Positions 44,044 through 53,305 of a DNA stretch of 64,000 nucleotides are shown here, piece by piece. The stretch is from Limisphaerales bacterium (GTDB lineage Bacteria > Verrucomicrobiota > Verrucomicrobiia > Limisphaerales > UBA9464), in contig CBDIPJ010000002.1 in the NCBI GenBank assembly GCA_965283655.1, positions 148,506-212,505 of the forward strand. The letters run 5' to 3'. Each line of letters opens with the position of its first letter. Within the stretch, counting starts at the first letter, position 1. The notes under the pieces are model-generated. The model did no database searches, was not told the origin of the DNA, and saw nothing but the letters and a program-made list of their open reading frames with translations. Both the position numbers and the translations under genes were made by a program.

Positions 44044-44106
44044 GATGGGACGGATGGGACGGATGGGATGGATCAGTCGGATCCGTCCGATCCGTCGGAT
44101 CCCCAC
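44044..44106. repeat. Iteron-like element: three direct 9-mers facing three inverted 9-mers, in the divergent kinase/gatB intergenic region
   Basis: gatgggacg gatgggacg gatgggatg gatcagt cggatccgt ccgatccgt cggatcccc. The architecture parallels the ACAGGAT iterons of the 107-bp repeat family but uses a different core (ACGGAT). Confidence 0.8.
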
Positions 44107-44166
44107 CCCACCACCCCAAGTCCCCGCTCGCCGTCCGTCCGGCGACGTGGCATATCAGCGGCGGCC

Positions 44167-45591
44167 ATGGAATACGAAGCGGTCATCGGTCTCGAAACGC
44201 ACGTCCAGCTGAAGACGAAGTCGAAGATGTGGTGCAGTTGCGCCAACGCCTTCGGTGCTCCGCCGAACACCAACGTGTGTCCGGTCTGCCTTGGCATGCC
44301 CGGGGTGCTGCCGGTGGCCAATGCCGAGGCCCTGCGCCTGACGGTCCTCACCGGATTCCTCCTCAACTGCGAGATCCCGCGGTACGCGAAGTTCGACCGG
44401 AAGAACTATTTCTACCCGGATTCGGCCAAGAACTACCAGGTCACCCAGTACGACCGGCCGTCCACGCGGGAAGGCTTCCTCGAATTCGAGTTCGAAGGGG
44501 GCATCAACCGTGTCCGCATCACCCGCGCCCACCTCGAGGAAGACGTCGGCAAGAACACCCACTTCGAGCGCCATAGCGGCGTCGACTTCAATCGCGCCGG
44601 GGTTCCGCTCCTGGAGATCGTTTCGGAGCCCGACCTCACCTCCGCCGACCAGGCGCACGCCTACCTCAACGCCCTGACCGAACTGCTGGCCAAGGCCGGC
44701 ATCAGTGACTGTGACATGGAGAAGGGCATGGTGCGTTGCGACGTCAACGTGTCCGTCCGCCCCAAGGGTACCACCGGTCTCGGTGCGAAGATCGAGATCA
44801 AGAACATGAACTCGTTCTCGGGGGTCCGCCGCGCCCTCGATTTCGAGATCCCGCGCCAGATCGAAGCCGTCTCGAAGGGCGAAAAGCTCCGTCAGGAGAC
44901 CCGCCGCTGGGACGACCTCGCCGGAATCACCGCACCCATGCGGTCCAAGGAGGACGCCCACGATTACCGGTACTTCCCCGACCCGGATCTCCTCCCGTTC
45001 ACGCCGACCGAGGAATGGGTCGCTGCGATCCGGGCCACCGTCCCGGAACTCCCCCTCGCCCGAAAGCAACGGCTGATGCGCGATTTCAGCCTGCCCACCG
45101 GGGATGCCGAGGTGCTGAAGTCAAACGATGCCCTCGCCGACTTCTTCGAGAAGGCCGCCAGCGGGTTCCACAATCCCAAGGCCATCGCGAACTGGATCAT
45201 CAACAACCTGTCCGCACAGCTCGCCGCCTCTGGAACCTCCCTCGCCGACCTGCGCTTCGCCCCGGCGCAACTTCGCGAACTCGTGGAACTGGTGGACTCC
45301 GGCAAGATCAGCTCACGCATCGCCCAGGAGGTCTTCGTCGACCTGTTCTCCACCGGGGAGTCGCCCGCGGCCATCGTCGAACGAAAGGGCCTCGCCCAGG
45401 TCTCGGACACCGGTGCCATCGAGAAGATCTGCGACGATGTCATCGCGGCGAACCCCGGTCCGGCGGCTGATTTCCGCGCCGGCAAGGTGGCTGCCCTCAA
45501 CTTCCTCAAGGGACAGGTGATGAAGCTCTCCAAGGGCAAGGCCAACCCTGCCGTGGCCGGTGAGACTCTGGAACGTAAACTCCGGAGCTGA
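44167..45591 (+). CDS. gatB: Asp-tRNA(Asn)/Glu-tRNA(Gln) amidotransferase subunit B
   Basis: MEYEAVIGLETHVQLKTKSKMWCSC ... NTNVCPVCLGMPGVLPV ... RKNYFYPD ... HLEEDVGK ... C-terminal GatB/YqeY domain. The ATG at 44167 lies inside ORF 44068-45591. Confidence 0.95.
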   Translation: MEYEAVIGLETHVQLKTKSKMWCSCANAFGAPPNTNVCPVCLGMPGVLPVANAEALRLTVLTGFLLNCEIPRYAKFDRKNYFYPDSAKNYQVTQYDRPSTREGFLEFEFEGGINRVRITRAHLEEDVGKNTHFERHSGVDFNRAGVPLLEIVSEPDLTSADQAHAYLNALTELLAKAGISDCDMEKGMVRCDVNVSVRPKGTTGLGAKIEIKNMNSFSGVRRALDFEIPRQIEAVSKGEKLRQETRRWDDLAGITAPMRSKEDAHDYRYFPDPDLLPFTPTEEWVAAIRATVPELPLARKQRLMRDFSLPTGDAEVLKSNDALADFFEKAASGFHNPKAIANWIINNLSAQLAASGTSLADLRFAPAQLRELVELVDSGKISSRIAQEVFVDLFSTGESPAAIVERKGLAQVSDTGAIEKICDDVIAANPGPAADFRAGKVAALNFLKGQVMKLSKGKANPAVAGETLERKLRS

Positions 45592-45626
45592 CGACCACCT
45601 CCAAATCCTCCAGATTGCAACCATCC

Positions 45627-46400
45627 ATGACGGACAAACAGGCTCAGCCCAATCCCCACGACGAACTGCTCTGGCTCGCGCGTCGCATCGGTCAGGATCC
45701 CAAGGGTCTGGTCGTCCTTGGCGAAGGCAGTGTTTCCGCGCGCCTGGATGACAAGCGGTTCCTGGTGAAGTCCGCCGGTGCTGCCCTCGCCGAACTGACC
45801 CCAGACGAGGTCACCGAGTGCAACACCGAGGAAATGATCCGCGTCCTCGAGATGCCACTCCTCGATACAGGCGCTTACGAGCGCATGATCCGGGAGGCCC
45901 AGATCGATCCAGCCAGCCGCCCGCCCACCAGCGAAGCACCCATCCACGCCTGGCTCCATTCCGTCCCGGGCGTCAATTTCGTCGTCCATTGCCAGCCCGA
46001 GGCCCTTCTCCAGATCCTCTGCTCGCCCGCCGCCGCCCGCTTTGCCGAGCACCGGATGTACCCGGCCGAGGTCGAGTTCATCGGCACCCAGGTCGTCATC
46101 ATTCCCTACGCGGATCCGGGAACCCCGCTCGCCCGAGAAATCCGCTCCAAGTACCAAGCCTCCCAACGCCGCACCCTGGCTCGCCCTCCCCGGCTCATCC
46201 TCGTGCAGAACTACGGGGTCCTCGCCTTCGGCGATTCCGCACGCGGCGTCCTCTCCACCCTCCTCATGGCCGAGAAGTCCGCCCGTATCTTCGTGGGCGC
46301 TTCCCGCCTTGGCGGTCCAATCTTCCTTCCGCCCCAGCACGTTGCCCGCCTCGAAGCCCGGATGGACGAAGGCCCCCGCGCCAGCACCATCAAGCTCTGA
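45627..46400 (+). CDS. Class II aldolase/adducin-family protein
   Basis: LVVLGEGSVSARLDDKRFLVKSAGAAL ... HAWLH ... VVHCQP ... ILVQNYGVLAFGDS is the typical class II aldolase fold sequence. Confidence 0.8.
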   Translation: MTDKQAQPNPHDELLWLARRIGQDPKGLVVLGEGSVSARLDDKRFLVKSAGAALAELTPDEVTECNTEEMIRVLEMPLLDTGAYERMIREAQIDPASRPPTSEAPIHAWLHSVPGVNFVVHCQPEALLQILCSPAAARFAEHRMYPAEVEFIGTQVVIIPYADPGTPLAREIRSKYQASQRRTLARPPRLILVQNYGVLAFGDSARGVLSTLLMAEKSARIFVGASRLGGPIFLPPQHVARLEARMDEGPRASTIKL

Positions 46401-46407
46401 CGATTCG

Positions 46408-47745
46408 TCAGACCGGGTACTCCCAACCGGGACGGTACGGCCGGCTCAGCAACGCCGCCGCCTCCGCGTCGCCGACGATCGTTTCACGGTCGCCGTCCCA
46501 CTCGATGCTCCGGCCCACGCGCCACGAGATCATCCCCAACAACGGCAGCACCGAGGATCGGTGCGCGATTTCGATCCCAGCCACGGCCTTGCGCCCTTCG
46601 GTGATCGACGCCATGAAGTCCGCCCACAACAGCTTCAGGTTGTGCCCGTCCGGTTCCTGCAATTGCGAATCCTCGTGCACCACCTGCGCGTTCCGGTCGC
46701 TCGGATGGAAGCTCCACCCATCCCGCCACCCGATGTGCAAGGTCCCCTTCGTCCCGTAGAAGTACGCCCCAATCCCGTGCTTTTCCGCGTTGTTGTCCGC
46801 AAACCGACGGTGCTCCCAGACACAGCTGAAGCCATCGAACTGGTAGACCGCCACCTGATGGTCCGGCGCATCGCTCGTCTGTTCCAGTTCCGTGAGCACC
46901 GCCGGTCCCGCCACCGGCCGGCCCGCCGTTGAAAAGACCCGACGCGGGTACTTCTCACCGCTCCACAAGAGCACCTGGTCCAGCCAGTGGACACCCCAGT
47001 CCCCAAGGGTGCCATTACCGTAATCCAGGAAGTTCCGCCAGCCGCCCGGATGCAACTTCTGGTTGAAAGGCCGTTTCGGGGCCGGACCACACCACAGGTC
47101 CCAGTCCATTCCGTCCGGAATCGCGGCGTTCTTTGCCGGACGCTCCCGCCCTCCGCCGCCATGGGCAAAGATGCGGACCATCCCCACCTCGCCCACCGCG
47201 CCGGATTTCAGGAACTTCATCCCATTCACATGATGCGGTCCGATCCGGCGGTGCAGCCCCACCTGGACCACCCGACCGCTTTCGCGGGATGCCCGCAGCA
47301 TGGCGCGGCTTTCGTTCACGGTGTGGCCCGTGGGTTTTTCCACGAACACATGCGCCCCCGCCTTCACCGCCGCGATCGTCTGCAACGCATGCCAGTGATC
47401 CGGCGTCGCGATCAGAACGATCTCCGGCTTCTCCTTCTCCAGCAGTTCCCGGTAATCATTGTAGGTCTTCGGCTCGTCTCCGTTCAGGTCCTTCACCTGC
47501 TCCGCCGCCACCTCGCGCGCCCGACGGTCCACGTCGCACAGACCCACCACCTTCACCGAACCCGCCGCAATCGCCTCGCGCAGGATGTTCTTCCCCCACC
47601 AACCGGATCCGATCAGCGCAATCCGGTATTTCTTTCCGGCCTCCGCCCCACGCACATAGGGCGCCAATCCGAACGCCCCGCCCACCACGGCGGCATCTCT
47701 CAGGAATCGGCGACGGTTACGGAGGGGGGATGAGGAAGGATTCAT
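46408..47745 (-). CDS. Gfo/Idh/MocA-family oxidoreductase with a twin-arginine (Tat) signal
   Basis: MNPSSSPLRNRRRFLRDAAVVGGAFGLAP (Tat motif), a Rossmann segment RIALIGSGWWGKN, and EKP..H motif FVEKPTGH. Confidence 0.9.
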   Translation of the reverse strand: MNPSSSPLRNRRRFLRDAAVVGGAFGLAPYVRGAEAGKKYRIALIGSGWWGKNILREAIAAGSVKVVGLCDVDRRAREVAAEQVKDLNGDEPKTYNDYRELLEKEKPEIVLIATPDHWHALQTIAAVKAGAHVFVEKPTGHTVNESRAMLRASRESGRVVQVGLHRRIGPHHVNGMKFLKSGAVGEVGMVRIFAHGGGGRERPAKNAAIPDGMDWDLWCGPAPKRPFNQKLHPGGWRNFLDYGNGTLGDWGVHWLDQVLLWSGEKYPRRVFSTAGRPVAGPAVLTELEQTSDAPDHQVAVYQFDGFSCVWEHRRFADNNAEKHGIGAYFYGTKGTLHIGWRDGWSFHPSDRNAQVVHEDSQLQEPDGHNLKLLWADFMASITEGRKAVAGIEIAHRSSVLPLLGMISWRVGRSIEWDGDRETIVGDAEAAALLSRPYRPGWEYPV

Positions 47746-47820
47746 GGAAGGAATTGACCCCGTCAGGCTGCCCAAGATCCTCCCCCTGAGCAAGTCCCCC
47801 GCCCGAACCATATCCAAACC

Positions 47821-48130
47821 GTAGCAGACGACGTCAGGAGGCTGAGGTAGAAGGTCCAAGGTCGAAGCTTCTTCAACCCTCAAGCCCGAGCCCTACTTCA
47901 ATCTTGAAACTGAAATCTTTGGACTCCCCTTCCACTGCCTCGTGACCTCGTCAGCTACCCTCCGCGACGTAGCAGACGACGTCAGGAGGCTGAGGTAGAA
48001 GGTCCAAGGTCCAAGCTTCTTCAACCCTCAAGCCCGAGCCCTACTTCAATCTTGAAACTGAAATCTTTGGACTCCCCTTCCACTGCCTCGTGACCTCGTC
48101 AGCTACCCTCCGCGACGTCAGGAGGCTGTC
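47821..48130. repeat. 148-bp tandem duplication (2 full copies plus a ~14-bp partial third)
   Basis: gtagcagacgacgtcaggaggctgaggtagaaggtccaagg ... cttgaaactgaaatctttggactcc ... cctcgtgacctcgtcagctaccctccgcgac occurs at 47821-47968 and 47969-48116 with only minor differences. acgtcaggaggctg then starts again. Confidence 0.9.
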
Positions 48131-48185
48131 CCCCACACGGCTTGACACTTCATCCGCCGCGTGAGGGTTCCTGAACCTTCTTCCA

Positions 48186-50300
48186 TCACCGCAACGTCCT
48201 CACAACCACGACCGATGTGTAGGCCGAGTTGCCGGACGCGTTGTAGGCCCGAACACGGAAGTAGTAGGTCGTGTTCGAAGCCAACCCCGTGGAGGCATAA
48301 CTCCGGACGTTCGCGCCCAGTGTTCCCACCTGCGTCCACGTGGACCCGTTCGTCGAACGCTCCACACGGAAGCCCGTCTCGTTGGCGGATGTATCCACCC
48401 AGCTCAGGTTGATCTCACGGCGCGATACCGCGATTCCCGACAATCCCGTCGGCGCCGAGGGAACCGCAAGCGGCACCGTGACGGTCCCGACATTCGATGC
48501 CGGAGAGGCACCGGAGGCATTCAGCGCAATGACGCGGTAGGCATACGTGCTTCCAGCCAAAACCGTCGCATCCACGAAGCTCGTGACATTGGCCCCCAGC
48601 GCCACGCGCAACGCCCATGCACCGCCGTTGACGGAACGTTCCAACCGATACTCGGTTTCCGCACTGGAAACGTCCGTCCACATGACCTGCACGCTTCCAA
48701 CACCCAGCGCGACCTGCAATCCCGTCGGCGCCGCAGGCACCGGCTCGGGAACCACCACGCTGACCTCATTCGACCACACCGAGAGTCCAGCTCCGTTCAC
48801 GCCGCGGACCCGGTACCCATATTCCTCACCCACTGCCACCGAAGCATCCACGTAGCCCGTCGCATCCGCGCCAAGGATCGCTGCCAGCACCCATTCGCCA
48901 CGCCCCACGGAACGTTCCACCAGATGGTGGACGGCTGCCAGATCGCCGCGCACCCAGGAAATCGTCACCCCAGAAGCCGAAGCCGCTCCAATACCCAGCC
49001 CAGTCGGAGCCGCCGGAACCGCCTGCCCCGGAACACTGCGGAATGCCGACACAACCAACCCGTTCAACGCGATGGCCCGTGCGTTGTCAGCTGCGTTCTC
49101 AGGGTCCACGGATTCATCCACACCCAGTGGGACTCCGGCGTAGCTCAGCCGCGGATTCGAAAAGTAATTGATCCGGATCGCGCTCCCACAGGCATACGCC
49201 ATCACCGTCCGGAACATCGGCATGTTGGTGGAGCACTGGCGCCAGCCATAAGCGAAAGGATAGGACGTGGGACCGGACGCATCCGGCCGGTCATGGTGGC
49301 AACCCAGTGTGTGCCCCCACTCGTGGACCAGGCTCAAGGAGGCAAGGCAACCCGAGTAGACCGCCGAGAAGGCATTCGCCTCGAAACCCGCCGACGGCAC
49401 GGACATGAGGTACGACAGCCCGCAACTCGAAGTATCCTCATCCACCAGCGTGACCAGATCCGCACCCACCTGATCCCGCAGGGCATGCACCTCGTCCATG
49501 ATCCCGTCCGTCTTCCGTTGCAGCGCCGCCAGAGCAGCCCCCATCGATCCCGTCTCGACGTAGGCCACCTCCCCCAGGTGCACCAGCGAGAACCGCATCG
49601 GAATCTGGCTGTTCACCATCGACGCGTTGGCATCCGCCACCGCCTGAAGGATCTTGGCTTCAATCCCCGCCGCCCCGTACCGCACCCGGGATGCCGGCGT
49701 GTAGACCACCATCACGTCGATCACCCGCATCCCGCAATCACCTGCATCCAGTGCTGGCGTGGCCCGCCGCTGCGCACCTGCTTCCACCGCGATCGTCTCG
49801 ACCCCCATGGCCGAACCACCGCGCTCCTGGTGCTGGAAGGCCAGGTAGCCACCACCGGCAGCCGGAGCAATCTCGTAGAGCTCGTTCCCGCTTGTCATGG
49901 CCCGATCGATCACACCCGAAACCACACCCCGCCTCCGCGCAAAGGTCACACGGCTCAATGGCTCTCCGGCAATCCGTCCGGTCCACACCCGATCTCCTCC
50001 CGGCAGTTCGGTTGACCCTTCCCGCTCCAACCGGATCGTCTCTCCGGGGAACAACGTCACCTCAAAGCCCGCCTCCGACAGCATCGAGGGATCCACCGTC
50101 ACCGCGCGGACCCGGTCCGGCATCGCTTCCCGGGGCACCGCGCGCCGCCACGCCTTCGTCGAGGGCCGCACGCGTTCCGCCGCTTCCGCAGGAAGAGGGA
50201 CCATTCCGACCATCGCCAGCCCCACCACAATCCCTGCCACCCATCGTCCCAAACCCATGATCCCCGCAATGGTCGCCCCGTTCTTCCTGCTGCCGTTCAT
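48186..50300 (-). CDS. Secreted metzincin zinc metalloprotease (reprolysin/adamalysin-like) with three C-terminal fibronectin type III domains
   Basis: Signal/TM IAGIMGLGRWVAGIVVGLAMVGMV, zinc motif LVHEWGHTLGCHHD (HExxHxxGxxHD), then three FN3-like repeats (PAAPTGL...W...Y.YRV). The ATG at 50300 lies inside ORF 48186-50333. Confidence 0.85.
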   Translation of the reverse strand: MNGSRKNGATIAGIMGLGRWVAGIVVGLAMVGMVPLPAEAAERVRPSTKAWRRAVPREAMPDRVRAVTVDPSMLSEAGFEVTLFPGETIRLEREGSTELPGGDRVWTGRIAGEPLSRVTFARRRGVVSGVIDRAMTSGNELYEIAPAAGGGYLAFQHQERGGSAMGVETIAVEAGAQRRATPALDAGDCGMRVIDVMVVYTPASRVRYGAAGIEAKILQAVADANASMVNSQIPMRFSLVHLGEVAYVETGSMGAALAALQRKTDGIMDEVHALRDQVGADLVTLVDEDTSSCGLSYLMSVPSAGFEANAFSAVYSGCLASLSLVHEWGHTLGCHHDRPDASGPTSYPFAYGWRQCSTNMPMFRTVMAYACGSAIRINYFSNPRLSYAGVPLGVDESVDPENAADNARAIALNGLVVSAFRSVPGQAVPAAPTGLGIGAASASGVTISWVRGDLAAVHHLVERSVGRGEWVLAAILGADATGYVDASVAVGEEYGYRVRGVNGAGLSVWSNEVSVVVPEPVPAAPTGLQVALGVGSVQVMWTDVSSAETEYRLERSVNGGAWALRVALGANVTSFVDATVLAGSTYAYRVIALNASGASPASNVGTVTVPLAVPSAPTGLSGIAVSRREINLSWVDTSANETGFRVERSTNGSTWTQVGTLGANVRSYASTGLASNTTYYFRVRAYNASGNSAYTSVVVVRTLR

Positions 50301-50791
50301 CGTCAATCCTCCTGCGTGTTCCGGCTGCTGCATTCCGGGGAACTATCCACCGAAACCCTACAACCGCCGCGAACAACGCCGTACGACATATCCCTACAAA
50401 CATGTGAGGGCAAACCCGCGACGCATGTAATTGCTATATCGCGAACAATTGTACTCTATAATATTAACTGCGTTTGGTTATTAAGGTTACCCAATCCTCA
50501 GGTACCCGGTCATTGGGGCAGTCCTCTAAAAATGACCCATGTCATTCATCATCAATGGTTCAAATACCATTCATGGCCCGACATGGGGTTGACGGAATAC
50601 TTATCCCCCAATCAGGTGACCCACTCTCTTTCCTGCGCCAAGGAGCCCCTTCCAATCGCAGGTATTCTGGTATCCAAGAACCGCCAGCGTTCGCCTATTC
50701 CATTCACAGCCGTACGCCTAACCCCTACAAACACCGGAAGATCCGTGCCCCCTTGGCTCACCCAGATCCCAGTCTCCAGGGCTCAACCCCA

Positions 50792-50956
50792 TTTGAAGGC
50801 CGCGTGCCCTCACGCGGCAGCCGCAAGCATCGCCCGGTGAGGGCTTCCCGCCTTGAAGAAGAGTTTCCAGAGGCCAGATCCCAGTTTTCCAGAGCTTCAC
50901 CTCTGCCTTCTGACGTCAGCTACCCTCAAGCGTAGCAGACGACGTGAGGAGGCTGG
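50792..50956. repeat. Mosaic of REP-like palindrome and gtagcagacgacgt-type modules
   Basis: tttgaaggccgcgtgccctcacgcggcagcc (50792-50822), a degenerate inverted copy, gagtttccag, and ccttctgacgtcagctaccctcaagcgtagcagacgacgtgaggaggctgg (50906-50956), which is related to the 148-bp repeat. Confidence 0.75.
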
Positions 50957-51024
50957 GTCACCCGTCCTTCAGATCCGCGGACGCGGACTTGAACGAAACG
51001 CCCATGTCCTGCATCCCTTGCACC

Positions 51025-52236
51025 ATGAATACGTGGAACGGAATCGTCCTCGCGGGCTGTGTGGCCCTGGCTCTGGCCCCGAACCTCGCGGCCGACGAAT
51101 GGGCGCGATGGCGTGGCCCAAGCAACAACGGCATCTCCACGGAGAAAGGCTGGAAGTCCACGTGGCCCGCCGACGGTCCCAAGATCGCGTGGAAGGCGAA
51201 GGTGGGCCTGGGTTATTCGTCCGTCGTGGTCGGTGGCGGACGCGCCTACACCCTCGGACACGCCGACGAAAAGGATACGATCTTCTGTTTCGATGCGGCC
51301 ACGGGGAAGGAGGTCTGGAAGCACTCCTTCGACGCTGAACTCGGCGACAAATACTTCGACGGCGGCACCACCGGCACACCCACGCTGGTCGGTGACAAGC
51401 TGTACGCCTTGAACCGCTGGGGTGAGGCCTTTTGTCTCGAAGCCGCCACCGGGAAGGTCGTCTGGCACCGGAACGTCCAGGAAACCACCGGCGCCCAGGT
51501 GCCCGATTGGGGTTTCACGGGCGCTCCCGTCGTCACCAACGGCCGCGTGTACCTCAACGTCGGCGAGGCAGGCCTCGCCCTGGATGCCGGCACCGGAGCC
51601 ATCGCCTGGAAGTCGTCCACCAAGAGCGCCGGCTACTCGACGCCTTTCGCCACCGGCACCGCGGACCGTTCCGTCCTGATCCTCGGCAACAGCGACGCCT
51701 ACGTCGCCATCCGTCCCTCCGACGGCAAGGAGGCCTGGCGGATCAAGTGGACCACCCAGTATGGAGTGAACGCCGCCGATCCGATCATCGAGGGCGATCG
51801 CCTCTTCATTTCCTCCGGGTACGGGAAGGGTTCGGCACTGTTCAAGCTTGGCGCGGGTGAACCGGAAATGCTCTGGAAATCAAAGGCGCTCCGTTCCCAG
51901 ATGAACGCCGCCGTCCTCTTCGAAGGACACCTTTACGGGGTGGACGGCGACACCACCGAGAAGGCCTCGCTCAAGTGTCTCGACTTCGCCACCGGCAAGG
52001 AGAAGTGGAGCCAGCCCGGGTTTGGTTCGGGCGGCGTCATGATCGCCGATCGCCAACTGATCGCCCTCAACGGCACCGGCGAACTCAGTATCGCTCCCGC
52101 CTCCTCCGAGGCATTCAAGCCCACCGCCCGTGCCCAGGTCCTGGGCGGCAAGACCTGGACCGCCCCCGTCCTTTCCGGCGGCCTCATCTACTGCCGCAAC
52201 TCCCGCGGCGACCTCATCGCGGTGGATGTGCGCTGA
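51025..52236 (+). CDS. PQQ-like beta-propeller repeat protein (BamB-like fold), secreted
   Basis: Signal MNTWNGIVLAGCVALALAPNLAA, then DEWARWRGPSNNGIS ... repeated G..Y.L....G...W motifs. The start is ATG 51025 or 51004. Confidence 0.8.
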   Translation: MNTWNGIVLAGCVALALAPNLAADEWARWRGPSNNGISTEKGWKSTWPADGPKIAWKAKVGLGYSSVVVGGGRAYTLGHADEKDTIFCFDAATGKEVWKHSFDAELGDKYFDGGTTGTPTLVGDKLYALNRWGEAFCLEAATGKVVWHRNVQETTGAQVPDWGFTGAPVVTNGRVYLNVGEAGLALDAGTGAIAWKSSTKSAGYSTPFATGTADRSVLILGNSDAYVAIRPSDGKEAWRIKWTTQYGVNAADPIIEGDRLFISSGYGKGSALFKLGAGEPEMLWKSKALRSQMNAAVLFEGHLYGVDGDTTEKASLKCLDFATGKEKWSQPGFGSGGVMIADRQLIALNGTGELSIAPASSEAFKPTARAQVLGGKTWTAPVLSGGLIYCRNSRGDLIAVDVR

Positions 52237-52281
52237 ACTCCAGACTTGCCCCCCACCCTCCTTTCCGGTTGAACCACAGCA

Positions 52282-53064
52282 TTGCCTACCTGGCTTTCAA
52301 CGATCCTTCTCGGCCTCATTGAGGGAATCACCGAGTTCCTGCCTGTTTCCTCCACGGGACACCTCCTGCTGGCGGAGCACTGGCTTGGGCATCGCTCCGA
52401 TCTGTTCAACGTCGTGATCCAGTCCGGCGCGGTCCTGGCGGTGCTCACCGTCTTCCTGCGGCGGGTCGTGGACCTGTTCGTGAACTGGCGCAAGCCGGAG
52501 AACCAGGACTACCTCTTCAAGCTGGCCGGGGCCTTCCTGCTCACGGCGGTGGGCGGGTTGGCCATGAAGAAGGCGGGGCTCGATCTCGACCCGAACCCCG
52601 CCCCGGTGGCTTGGGCCACACTGATCGGCGGGTTCCTGTTCCTCGCGGTCGAGTATGCCTTCAAGGACCGCAAGCCGTCGGAGAACGTCACCTGGACCAT
52701 CGCCATCGCGGTGGGATTGGCGCAATTGGTGGCGGCGGCCTTCCCCGGCACCTCCCGTTCCGGATCCACCATCCTCTTCGCCCTGGCGCTGGGGCTTTCA
52801 CGACCGGCCGCCACCGAGTTTGCGTTCCTGCTGGGCATCCCCACGCTGCTGGCGGCTGGTGCGAAGGAGATCTGGGACTTCACCTCCGAGTCCAAGCCGC
52901 ACGAACCCTGGTCGATGATCCTTCTCGCCGGTGTGGTGGCCGCAGTGTCCGCGTTTGTCGTGGTCCGTTGGCTGCTGTCCTACGTCCGCTCCCACAAGTT
53001 CACCGGCTTCGCCATCTACCGGATCCTCCTCGGCACCGCGATCCTCCTGCTGGTGCGGAAGTAA
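52282..53064 (+). CDS. uppP: Undecaprenyl-diphosphate phosphatase
   Basis: LGLIEGITEFLPVSSTGHL ... PGTSRSGSTI ... are the UppP/BacA signature motifs. 260 aa, polytopic. TTG start as given by the ORF track. Confidence 0.9.
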   Translation: MPTWLSTILLGLIEGITEFLPVSSTGHLLLAEHWLGHRSDLFNVVIQSGAVLAVLTVFLRRVVDLFVNWRKPENQDYLFKLAGAFLLTAVGGLAMKKAGLDLDPNPAPVAWATLIGGFLFLAVEYAFKDRKPSENVTWTIAIAVGLAQLVAAAFPGTSRSGSTILFALALGLSRPAATEFAFLLGIPTLLAAGAKEIWDFTSESKPHEPWSMILLAGVVAAVSAFVVVRWLLSYVRSHKFTGFAIYRILLGTAILLLVRK

Positions 53065-53090
53065 CGCCCGAACGGGGAGTTTCCAGTCGC

Positions 53091-53303
53091 CAGTGAAGGC
53101 CGGGTGCCCTCACCCGGCGTTTCAGGTCGAGATCCCGCAATTCGATCCCCCCATCGCCGACGCCAGTGAAGGCCGGGTGCCCCCACCCGGCGTTTCTGGG
53201 AGCTGGCATCTGGGAACTCCCCCCGGTGCTTTCCATGTCCCGCCGCGTGAGGGCACGCGGCCTGCACCCGGCTTGAAACTTGAAACTGAAACCTTCGAAC
53301 TCC
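53091..53303. repeat. REP-like palindrome cluster plus a gaaact-type short repeat
   Basis: cagtgaaggccgggtgccctcacccggcgtttc (53091-53123), cagtgaaggccgggtgcccccacccggcgtttc (53164-53196), an inverted copy cgccgcgtgagggcacgcggcctgca (53241-53266), then cttgaaacttgaaactgaaaccttcgaactcc. Confidence 0.85.
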
Positions 53304-53305
53304 GC

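Noticed and set aside
43889-44119. 76-aa ORF with [19 protein letters not shown] repeats
   Set aside because: It is a translation of the 9-bp iteron element in the kinase/gatB intergenic region. The periodicity is at the DNA level and the ORF overlaps the kinase start region.
50405-50705. A known structured RNA (RNase P RNA, tmRNA, SRP RNA, 6S RNA, or TPP/cobalamin/SAM riboswitches) in the low-GC island
   Set aside because: None of the conserved core sequences I can recall is present. Examples are the RNase P GAGGAAAGUCC box, the tmRNA tRNA-like end with CCA, and the SRP GGAA/AGCA domain IV motifs. This is kept only as an unexplained compositional anomaly.
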